The translations under genes and the position numbers were made by a program. The notes under the pieces were generated by a model that saw only the letters and a program-made list of their open reading frames with translations, did not search any database and was not told where the DNA came from. From positions 1 to 64,000 of the IMG/VR virus record IMGVR_UViG_3300033145_001595: DNA of 64,000 bases. One strand, written 5' to 3'. The stretch comes from a virus. Shown piece after piece: positions 1-6,813 of the stretch. Within the stretch, counting starts at the first letter, position 1. Each line of letters opens with the position of its first letter.

Positions 1-70
1 CCACACAGATGTAGAAGTAGAAGTAGATGTAGAACGCCAACACCTGAATTGCAATAAGACACAGAAGTAG
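1..70. repeat. 3' end of a partial third copy of the repeated non-coding element (GTAGAW hexamer tract)
   Basis: gatgtagaagtagaagtagatgtagaac at 8-35 matches the tracts ending the elements at ~8990-9045 and ~16485-16514. Confidence 0.6.
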
Positions 71-110
71 ATTTCTCTACTCCTGTGCCTTATTTTTTGT
101 GCGGTCTTTA

Positions 111-392
111 CTACTGTCCGCACTCTGCACACACCTTGCAACTATCCGGGCTGCAAGTGGTTCCAATTTCCACAGACACGGTTCCTATGCGTAACGTGCT
201 CGCACAATTCCCGTTCTCTTTGTCCTTATCTGTCGATGGGGAAACGAAAATTATAGGCAAAGCCGCTTCATCTATCCCACCATAAGTAATAGCAAATCCC
301 TTTCCATGACTCTGCCGCTCAACTCTAAGCTCATTCACACCGTCATCCAACACTATCAAATCCTTCTCACTATCAAACAACATGCCCATCAC
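111..392 (-). CDS. hypothetical protein
   Basis: ORF directly downstream of promoter repeat 421-459. Confidence 0.6.
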   Translation of the reverse strand: MMGMLFDSEKDLIVLDDGVNELRVERQSHGKGFAITYGGIDEAALPIIFVSPSTDKDKENGNCASTLRIGTVSVEIGTTCSPDSCKVCAECGQ

Positions 393-420
393 CCCTTACC
401 AGAGAAACCATCCTTTGTTT

Positions 421-459
421 CATGCCTGCATTATACCATACTACAGGTCATTTGTCAAG
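421..459 (-). promoter_or_regulatory. early promoter repeat copy 1 (TTGACA-N17-TATAAT, extended -10)
   Basis: minus strand reads CTTGACAAATGACCTGTAGTATGGTATAATGCAGGCATG. Confidence 0.9.
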
Positions 460-540
460 AGAAATCTACCCACATCCTACAACTTGCCCCCTACTCCCGC
501 GCCTTATTTTTTGTGCGTTTTTGCTATACTATACAGATGC

Positions 541-963
541 TTACCCTACCAGAACAACGTCTCCGTGCTCTGCAAAATCTTCCGGGCTAGTGGGATACAA
601 GAGAGGGAACGCCCTGTATGTATCTGCACTCATTTCAAAAATGCGATTCTCCCCGTTCTTGTACTTGAACGTCGCACACACACTGCCACTTATCTGCCTA
701 GAAGCGGACCAGCGCACACCTAGCCCACTAGCCATCATTACCCGCTTACGTTCTTCTCGCTCTCCGTAATCTGTCTTTGCTTTGGCACACCCACACCTTA
801 TGTGAGCCTCTTTACTAAATCTATCAGCGTACCCCTTCCGGCATCTTGGACACGCCGCTACTGGCGGACAATTGTTAAACGGACATTTGTAGTTACGTAC
901 TTTACCCGACGCCCCGCATATGCTACAACACAACAAGCCCTTTGAATCATAAATATTTCCCAT
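541..963 (-). CDS. hypothetical Cys-rich protein, possibly Zn-binding
   Basis: CSIC, CP-x3-CP and CPRC motifs; GGAG RBS. Confidence 0.65.
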   Translation of the reverse strand: MGNIYDSKGLLCCSICGASGKVRNYKCPFNNCPPVAACPRCRKGYADRFSKEAHIRCGCAKAKTDYGEREERKRVMMASGLGVRWSASRQISGSVCATFKYKNGENRIFEMSADTYRAFPLLYPTSPEDFAEHGDVVLVG

Positions 964-975
964 TGTTTCTGCTCC

Positions 976-1317
976 CTATTCATCCATGTGACAAAGCAAA
1001 TCAATGTCCTCATTACTGAACAACTCAGGCGCAAGCTTGCCTAGTGTACATGGAGTCCAGTACCTATCACGTTCAACCAGTAAACCAAGCGGCCCACGTG
1101 CCACCGACAACTCAGACAAACTAAAACACCCAAGCTCCTTTTTGAATCCATCCACAAGACCAAAAAACGTGTCCACACCGTCAAACTCTGTGGCATACCA
1201 CGTCCAGGTCGAATCGGGCGTAAAAAACTTCACACGAATAACAGCCTGCGCACCAAGCCCTTCCTGACTATACAAAGCCGGTAATGCACGCCGATTTGCT
1301 TTCGTGAGTAACATCAT
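976..1317 (-). CDS. DUF2958-like protein
   Basis: LPALYSQE, VKFFTPDSTWTWYATE, FFGLVDG..ELG.FSLSEL and VERD motifs typical of DUF2958. Confidence 0.8.
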   Translation of the reverse strand: MMLLTKANRRALPALYSQEGLGAQAVIRVKFFTPDSTWTWYATEFDGVDTFFGLVDGFKKELGCFSLSELSVARGPLGLLVERDRYWTPCTLGKLAPELFSNEDIDLLCHMDE

Positions 1318-1339
1318 CTTATTTTCACCCCCAAGAGTA

Positions 1340-1403
1340 ACAAACTAAAGAAGGGGAAAGGTTAGATTCTGGAATGGCGCACACAGTATCCTAACCTTTC
1401 CCC
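1340..1403 (-). terminator. intrinsic terminator-like hairpin
   Basis: 13-bp perfect stem (1353-1365 with 1391-1403) followed on the minus strand by TTCTTTAGTTTGTT. Confidence 0.6.
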
Positions 1404-1410
1404 CCCTATG

Positions 1411-1566
1411 CTACTGTGCCCCCTTTGGCTTACGCCGATAGTCGGGTGAGCCTACTGCCATGATATGATGCCTACCAAGCTCATGCCCGGCACCCCGAAT
1501 ACAATAGCCGCACACCTTACAACGATTCGCCCTACCCTCTCCGTCCATCTTAGGTCTGTACACCAT
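1411..1566 (-). CDS. 51-aa hypothetical protein (not in the ORF track)
   Basis: hand translation MVYRPKMDGEGRANRCKVCGYCIRGAGHELGRHHIMAVGSPDYRRKPKGAQ*; GGAGTAG RBS; downstream of promoter copy 2. Confidence 0.65.
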   Translation of the reverse strand: MVYRPKMDGEGRANRCKVCGYCIRGAGHELGRHHIMAVGSPDYRRKPKGAQ

Positions 1567-1601
1567 TTTTACTACTCCTGTTCAAAGTACCCATCTCTGA
1601 C

Positions 1602-1640
1602 TATGCCTACATTATACCATACTACAGGTCATTTGTCAAG
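1602..1640 (-). promoter_or_regulatory. early promoter repeat copy 2
   Basis: same TTGACA/TATAAT core; supplies the stop codon of ORF 1629-1904. Confidence 0.9.
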
Positions 1641-1904
1641 GAAAATATCAAGATTTTCTACAGACACAATAGTTACATTACAATACGCAACACCCACAAT
1701 AGGCTCCATTTTTGCAACTATTTCCCTTTTCCTATCTTGCTTACGGGCAAGCCTATATGCTTCAGCAGAACTAAGCATACTTCGTGATGCCATATCTATC
1801 CAACAAGGGCCAAATGGGCGCGTTCCATCGCCACCAGTCTCTCGCACAACAGCAAAGAAATCATCCCCATCGACACTTGCAACTCTTTCCTTAGTCCATG
1901 CCAT
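1629..1904 (-). CDS. hypothetical protein
   Basis: GGAG RBS; ends ...LDK* inside the promoter repeat. Confidence 0.65.
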   Translation of the reverse strand: MAWTKERVASVDGDDFFAVVRETGGDGTRPFGPCWIDMASRSMLSSAEAYRLARKQDRKREIVAKMEPIVGVAYCNVTIVSVENLDIFLDK

Positions 1905-1910
1905 TGTCCG

Positions 1911-2156
1911 TTACTCCCTTTCTTGACGACGATAACCATAACGTCCGTATTCTGCTGCCTCAAATAAAGCATCTTCTACATCACGAACCGCCCAATCAAG
2001 TGCATTATACATTTTCTTCTTCTCAGCACATACTACTTCCGCTTCTGCCTTATCAAGCGTAACAAAATGAGCAGTATTATCATACCCGACAATGTACACA
2101 TTTTTCCCTTTGGGGTCAACCTTAGCCATTGTTTCTACTCCCTTCTTAATCCCCAC
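1911..2156 (-). CDS. hypothetical protein (likely start MAKVD)
   Basis: GGAGTAG RBS; packed in operon. Confidence 0.6.
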   Translation of the reverse strand: MGIKKGVETMAKVDPKGKNVYIVGYDNTAHFVTLDKAEAEVVCAEKKKMYNALDWAVRDVEDALFEAAEYGRYGYRRQERE

Positions 2157-2367
2157 TGACCTTCTTAGCTACTAGCCATGCTGGTATCCCCACAACGTCC
2201 ATAGGCCCCATACCACGCGCCTGAACGTTGCACACTGACCGGGGGCACCATATGCGCTTACCTACCAGTGACTCGGCTTGTGCGTCCCCGCCCGACCTTA
2301 CCAAAAACAAAACGGCCTTTGCAGTCTCTCGCTTTATGGTACCATAGACATTTACCAAATCTGCCAT
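2146..2367 (-). CDS. small conserved phage-type protein
   Basis: RETAKAVL...W.P.S...IPAWL pattern; start reassigned to MADLVNV because 2372-2623 occupies the upstream part. Confidence 0.6.
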   Translation of the reverse strand: MADLVNVYGTIKRETAKAVLFLVRSGGDAQAESLVGKRIWCPRSVCNVQARGMGPMDVVGIPAWLVAKKVSGD

Positions 2368-2371
2368 TGCC

Positions 2372-2623
2372 TTAGCCCCTGCAAGAGTAACCCTGCACAA
2401 ATGCCATAGCAGCTTCCATTCCCTGCACAGTCCCCAACACACCCCTAGAAAAGAAATAATCGGGTATAGACCCATCTCGCCGCAAAGGGAAAAACCTGTA
2501 ACACGGCGGACCATACTCAGAAACCCGCACACACACGGACAACCCCGCATCATACGAAGCGGCCACTAACCTTGTCCATTCCATCTTTATTCTTTCTGGC
2601 CTATCCATTGCCTTAGTCCCCAC
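2372..2623 (-). CDS. hypothetical protein
   Basis: ORF abutting the next gene. Confidence 0.55.
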   Translation of the reverse strand: MGTKAMDRPERIKMEWTRLVAASYDAGLSVCVRVSEYGPPCYRFFPLRRDGSIPDYFFSRGVLGTVQGMEAAMAFVQGYSCRG

Positions 2624-2681
2624 CGCCTATCAAATAAAAATGGATCACCAGCCGGTGCTCCATACCCGGCATTCGTGGCTA

Positions 2682-2721
2682 GCAAGGGGTAAAGGCCGGG
2701 ATTTTCCCGGCCTTCCCTTGC
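2682..2721 (-). terminator. orphan copy of the cassette stem-loop
   Basis: gcaagggg-taaaggccggg-atttt-cccggcctt-cccttgc; same GGCCGGG/CCCGGCC stem as at 3596-3625 and 4082-4110. Confidence 0.6.
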
Positions 2722-2781
2722 GCCTGCCTTGTGGCTTGCTACTCAAACAGCAAACACACCCGACAGACTTCGCGCGACTCA

Positions 2782-2982
2782 CTATGACGTTTCAACGTAC
2801 TTCATGGCAGTACACAACAGATTATTGTAATCACCCGACGTTGCTTCCTCTTCAAAATCCTTTGCACCTTCCGGGTGTCCGGCCCGCCTAAGCGCTTTCA
2901 TTACCCGCCCAATAATTGCAAATGCATTTCCATCTTCGCCAACAAGCTTTACTTCCACGTCCCCGTAAATCGGTTCTGCCAT
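2782..2982 (-). CDS. small conserved phage protein (GEDGNAF motif)
   Basis: VKLVGEDGNAFAIIG...SGDY motif; GGGAGTAGGAAA RBS. Confidence 0.75.
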   Translation of the reverse strand: MAEPIYGDVEVKLVGEDGNAFAIIGRVMKALRRAGHPEGAKDFEEEATSGDYNNLLCTAMKYVETS

Positions 2983-3020
2983 TTTCCTACTCCCTACTCA
3001 GAGTAACCGTCCCTTACTAT

Positions 3021-3059
3021 CATGCTTGCATTATACCATACTACAGGTCATTTGTCAAG
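3021..3059 (-). promoter_or_regulatory. early promoter repeat copy 3 (stem-loop upstream, 3060-3095)
   Basis: 39-bp core; hairpin abuts the -35 box. Confidence 0.9.
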
Positions 3060-3092
3060 GGAAAAGACCAGGAATTGGCCCGGCCTTCCCTT

Positions 3093-3230
3093 GACGACGG
3101 CCCACTATCCGGTTGCGCTACTGGACCGTCTAGTGTGCAGGAGCGAGGGCAACGCCCTCATTGCATACTAGAGAGCTAGACCCTAGTACGCCCGTCGTTT
3201 CCTCTCCTAGCTCGAAAGTTATCGACCCTA
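3093..3230 (+). ncRNA. candidate structured non-coding RNA or DNA element
   Basis: multi-stem junction; wobbles read G-U on the + strand in three stems. Confidence 0.4.
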
Positions 3231-3257
3231 GATATTCTCCCGCACCCTATTCCCTTT

Positions 3258-3521
3258 CTAATGTGTGTGTCCATGTACTCGCTGCATGGCCTTTGCACCC
3301 AATTGATTAGCTACCATAGTCCGCACCCGGAAATCCTCAGAATGCAGCAACTTATCTATTGCGCAATCATCGCAAAACCCGGCCCGGTCCCCATCCCAAT
3401 TCGAGATTCCGGCCTTTCCTGCAACGTCCGTTACCTTAGCGGACAAACTCAACAATTGCGTTTCAAGGCGCTTGATCGCGGCCACCCGTTCCGTCTCCGC
3501 TGCCATATAATCACAAGGCAT
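3258..3521 (-). CDS. hypothetical protein
   Basis: GGAG RBS; downstream of promoter copy 4. Confidence 0.65.
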   Translation of the reverse strand: MPCDYMAAETERVAAIKRLETQLLSLSAKVTDVAGKAGISNWDGDRAGFCDDCAIDKLLHSEDFRVRTMVANQLGAKAMQRVHGHTH

Positions 3522-3556
3522 TTCCGTTGCTCCTATCCAGAGTATCCGTTCCTGAC

Positions 3557-3595
3557 TATGAACGTATTATACCATACTACAGGTCAAATGTCAAG
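3557..3595 (-). promoter_or_regulatory. early promoter repeat copy 4 (stem-loop 3596-3625)
   Basis: CTTGACATTTGACCTGTAGTATGGTATAAT. Confidence 0.9.
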
Positions 3596-3644
3596 GGAAA
3601 AGGCCGGGGAAAACCCGGCCCCCCTTACTCCTAATCCCCTTCTC

Positions 3645-4004
3645 TTATCCGGGCGGGACGGGTAACATTTGTGGCCATTCATTATCATCGGCCAAGTACC
3701 CATGATAGGCGTTTGTCTCACCTGTTCCACAATCGTAAACGAGTATGCCCGCATCCCCATGACTATCATCATCTTTCGGCGGAATCTGCGCAAGGGGCGG
3801 AAACACACCAAGCGACAGATTACCCGGAATGTCAATATGAAATTGACCTGTCAACCGAGCAACGCTATATGATAAATCCCCCTGCCGCATACCGGGAATG
3901 GCATCGCGTAACATGCTCAGTGCTTCGGACCCGCGCCAATGAACATATACTGTGCATCCGATTTCGTCACCATTCTTTACACTAATCAAGCACCTATCAC
4001 CCAT
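3645..4004 (-). CDS. conserved phage-type hypothetical protein (MGDR...YxHW)
   Basis: MGDRCLI and VYVHWRG motifs; cassette RBS. Confidence 0.7.
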   Translation of the reverse strand: MGDRCLISVKNGDEIGCTVYVHWRGSEALSMLRDAIPGMRQGDLSYSVARLTGQFHIDIPGNLSLGVFPPLAQIPPKDDDSHGDAGILVYDCGTGETNAYHGYLADDNEWPQMLPVPPG

Positions 4005-4042
4005 TTTCCTACTCCCGTCTAGAGTAACCTACCCATCCCATC

Positions 4043-4081
4043 ATGGAATACATTATACCATACTACAGGTCATTTGTCAAG
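4043..4081 (-). promoter_or_regulatory. early promoter repeat copy 5 (stem-loop 4082-4110)
   Basis: 39-bp core. Confidence 0.9.
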
Positions 4082-4113
4082 GAGAAAGGCCGGGAAAATC
4101 CCGGCTTTGCGCC

Positions 4114-4341
4114 TTAACGGTTTATCCGTTCAATCGGTATAAGCTCATCTAACTTATTCCGAACACTGTACGCTGCATTGATCTGGTCATTACGTTTGAA
4201 TACCACTGTTCCGTCTTGTAGCATCGACTCTGTAGGACTGCTATCAAGCACAGTATCAGAGAATAGCGCGTCACTAACAAGTCGATCTAACACTTTAACT
4301 TCTTCCAGAGTCAATTCCAAGACCAATTTGTCAATACTCAT
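4114..4341 (-). CDS. hypothetical protein
   Basis: cassette leader and RBS. Confidence 0.65.
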   Translation of the reverse strand: MSIDKLVLELTLEEVKVLDRLVSDALFSDTVLDSSPTESMLQDGTVVFKRNDQINAAYSVRNKLDELIPIERINR

Positions 4342-4379
4342 TTTCCTACTCTCGTCTAGAGTAACCTACCCATCCCTAT

Positions 4380-4418
4380 CATGCCTGCATTATACCATAC
4401 TACAGGTCATTTGTCAAG
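4380..4418 (-). promoter_or_regulatory. early promoter repeat copy 6
   Basis: 39-bp core; the TGA in the -35 box is the stop of ORF 4414-4650. Confidence 0.9.
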
Positions 4419-4650
4419 GGGAAAGACTAGCAAAAAAGCATTCCGAAAGCCCCCTCTCATTTGGATTACAAGATGCCGCATTTACATTATCTATTGCAAC
4501 CACTGGCCAATGTCCCGATCCTTCTGGCAACACCATTTCAATCGCATCTTCTGGAGTATCCGCTCGCACCACCTTGCGAAATAATTCCAACATCTTGCCC
4601 TTGCTCCGTTCTACTGTATGCGACACAATAAACTTTTTGACTGCCATCAC
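4414..4650 (-). CDS. hypothetical protein
   Basis: AAGGAG RBS; stop lies within the repeat. Confidence 0.6.
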   Translation of the reverse strand: MMAVKKFIVSHTVERSKGKMLELFRKVVRADTPEDAIEMVLPEGSGHWPVVAIDNVNAASCNPNERGLSECFFASLSP

Positions 4651-4666
4651 TTACTCCTTACATTTA

Positions 4667-5209
4667 CTAAATTGTAGCGTCTACTAACTCCCTACGGACC
4701 CGTTGCAACTTCCACCTTGATAGCCCTAAATACTGTGCAACCAGTACCGGAAATGTCTTGCGCTTGTTGCTAGTGTCCCTACAGATAGCCTGCAATTCCG
4801 GCGGTGGGTCAAGCGCACACTGCAAGAACGCTTCCGCCCTATCACTTAGTGTGCCAGTGTCATGGCGAAAGAACAACGCTACGTCCCGCCCATCCCGTGA
4901 GATACGCACCGGCACGTCTGAACACGTCAAAGCGGTCACTACCGGCCCTACATCGGGTAATGCCTGCACACTGCGTAGCATAGCCTTTCGCAAAATATTA
5001 TGAAACTGCCTAATTAGACACGTATTCAGGTAGGTATTAAATGTGGCTTTCCCGCTTGGATTCCACGTTACCCTCACCCTATGCAGTACTATATTCCCTT
5101 CACTGATTAAATCGTCCAGCGACCAGATACCACGTCTTGTACCCATTTTTCGTAAACAAATCTTTGCCTGTATTTCAATGATTTTATCAGCCGTTACTAC
5201 CTTTGCCAT
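4667..5209 (-). CDS. sigma70 region-2-like protein (putative phage sigma factor)
   Basis: DDLISEGNIVL...WNPSGKATFNTY...IRQFHNILRK resembles sigma regions 2.2-2.4; HTH-like C-terminus (VAQYLGLSRWKL). Confidence 0.65.
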   Translation of the reverse strand: MAKVVTADKIIEIQAKICLRKMGTRRGIWSLDDLISEGNIVLHRVRVTWNPSGKATFNTYLNTCLIRQFHNILRKAMLRSVQALPDVGPVVTALTCSDVPVRISRDGRDVALFFRHDTGTLSDRAEAFLQCALDPPPELQAICRDTSNKRKTFPVLVAQYLGLSRWKLQRVRRELVDATI

Positions 5210-5211
5210 AC

Positions 5212-5346
5212 TTACTTAACCTTTCCACACACAGTACACCGCCAATAAGTAGCGTGTTCCTTTGGCTTACACTCATTATGAACACGCATACCTTGCCCGT
5301 ACCGCTGATCCTGCCATTTATGCTTACATGTACATTGCCGTATCAT
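5212..5346 (-). CDS. small Zn-ribbon-like protein
   Basis: MIRQCTCKH..QD..YG...RVHN...WRCTVCG; the longer ORF start overlaps a hairpin. Confidence 0.6.
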   Translation of the reverse strand: MIRQCTCKHKWQDQRYGQGMRVHNECKPKEHATYWRCTVCGKVK

Positions 5347-5370
5347 GCTCAACACCTTTCGCCCGTCAAA

Positions 5371-5398
5371 GAAAGGAAAGGGCGGGTTTCCCCGCCCC
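5371..5398 (-). terminator. intrinsic terminator-like hairpin
   Basis: GGGCGGG/CCCGCCC stem followed by TTTCCTTTC on the minus strand, after the stop at 5410. Confidence 0.6.
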
Positions 5399-5409
5399 AC
5401 TATTTTTAC

Positions 5410-6354
5410 CTACACTGGCGGCATTTCAAAATCATCGGCCAGTTCATCAACATCCGCCGGTACTTCGGCGTCTGTATTCTCCCCGTTGCCATTTTCCTTT
5501 TTCCATGCTGCCAGTGCTTCCTCATCTATATGGTTCCCCACACCATCATTCTTGTGTGCAGTCACCCCCGCGTAATAGTCCACATAAGCCGTGTCACGTT
5601 CGTCTGGCATCATTTCGATGCCGTCTGGCGCAACATAACCGGGCAACGAGAACTCTTGATTCAGGTCAAGAGTAATTTCCGCAAAGGCGATTCTTGCGGT
5701 CTCAACTTCCGCAATTTTTTCATCCCAAGCGGCCAATTCTTCGCCCGCTTTCTTGCTCGCCCGCGTAATTGCCCGTGCCGTTTTCTTAGCGGCCTGCATG
5801 GCGCTGGAAAGCTTACCAGCGGTCGATGCCTCGAACATCGACTCTATACCGGCGGCCCCCCGCATTGTGTCTCTGAGCGCCTTGACGTCCGCCCGTTCAA
5901 TGGCATCCGCCATTTTGTTAAGCGTTTGTTGCGCACTAGAGATAATGGCGTTTGCTGCCGATCCTTCGTCGCCAGCAAGCAGAAACGTTATGAACCCGCC
6001 CGAAATGCTGGTAAACTTTGACGTGGAATTATGCAGATTGATAATTGTACGCGCGGCGCTAATCGCTTCCTGCAATTCCGCCCCCCTGGACATCGGAACG
6101 TACGTCCCCGCGTACACCGAATAGCCCAAACTTTTGACACCATTTTTGGCGTCAAACACGGCCTTTGCAACGGCCTTGTGTTCGTCGACATTGGCTATAC
6201 GCTTGTTAGTGTGCCAGTCACCCGTAAGCACTCGGTCAACGTCCACAACTTCGTTGCGGTCGCTAACTTTCATACTCACACACCCGTGATTGTGAATATC
6301 CGCCACAACCAACCATCCCGATTTCAAAACTGCACTAGGTCTAACAGTTCCCAT
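5410..6354 (-). CDS. hypothetical helical protein with acidic C-terminus
   Basis: 314-aa ORF; cassette RBS. Confidence 0.75.
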   Translation of the reverse strand: MGTVRPSAVLKSGWLVVADIHNHGCVSMKVSDRNEVVDVDRVLTGDWHTNKRIANVDEHKAVAKAVFDAKNGVKSLGYSVYAGTYVPMSRGAELQEAISAARTIINLHNSTSKFTSISGGFITFLLAGDEGSAANAIISSAQQTLNKMADAIERADVKALRDTMRGAAGIESMFEASTAGKLSSAMQAAKKTARAITRASKKAGEELAAWDEKIAEVETARIAFAEITLDLNQEFSLPGYVAPDGIEMMPDERDTAYVDYYAGVTAHKNDGVGNHIDEEALAAWKKENGNGENTDAEVPADVDELADDFEMPPV

Positions 6355-6397
6355 TTTCCTACTCCCAGCTAAAGTAACTTGTCCATCCCTTTCCCAT

Positions 6398-6436
6398 CAT
6401 GCCTGCATTATACCATACTACAGGTCGTTTGTCAAG
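6398..6436 (-). promoter_or_regulatory. early promoter repeat copy 7
   Basis: 39-bp core with one substitution; supplies the stop of 6432-6698. Confidence 0.9.
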
Positions 6437-6698
6437 GGGAAAGTCGATCATCACATACTGGCGTAATGTACTGAATAGTCGGCATTATCCGAGCAACGCC
6501 AACAATTGTCTGCCCTTCCGAAGGCCCCGACTCCTCTTCGTCAATTACCAAAGCCGTTCTAAGAGCGAAGTTTTCGCTAACATAGCTTTTTGCTCGCATG
6601 TCCACACAGCACACGCCAGTTTCGTCTATCCGGCGTACTACTACAAAAAAATCAACCATAGCAATCTCATCCACCGCAATCTTTTTTTCATCGCCCAT
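6432..6698 (-). CDS. hypothetical protein
   Basis: cassette RBS; stop lies in the -35 box. Confidence 0.6.
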   Translation of the reverse strand: MGDEKKIAVDEIAMVDFFVVVRRIDETGVCCVDMRAKSYVSENFALRTALVIDEEESGPSEGQTIVGVARIMPTIQYITPVCDDRLSP

Positions 6699-6736
6699 TT
6701 TCCTACTCCCGTCTAAAGTAACTTCGCCCTTCCCAT

Positions 6737-6775
6737 CATGCCTGCATTATACCATACTACAGGTCAAATGTCAAG
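6737..6775 (-). promoter_or_regulatory. early promoter repeat copy 8 (stem-loop 6776-6806)
   Basis: 39-bp core; GGCCGAG-cttc-CTCGGCC hairpin. Confidence 0.9.
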
Positions 6776-6813
6776 GGAAAAGGCCGAGCTTCCTCGGCCC
6801 CCCTTGCCCCCAT

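Noticed and set aside
8-80. Cas12a-like repeat (TTCTAC/GTAGAT words)
   Set aside because: Tandem hexamers without the repeat hairpin or spacers
2640-6806. Classical integron (attC sites plus IntI)
   Set aside because: No tyrosine recombinase in the window, and the hairpins lack a clear RYYYAAC/GTTRRRY attC layout
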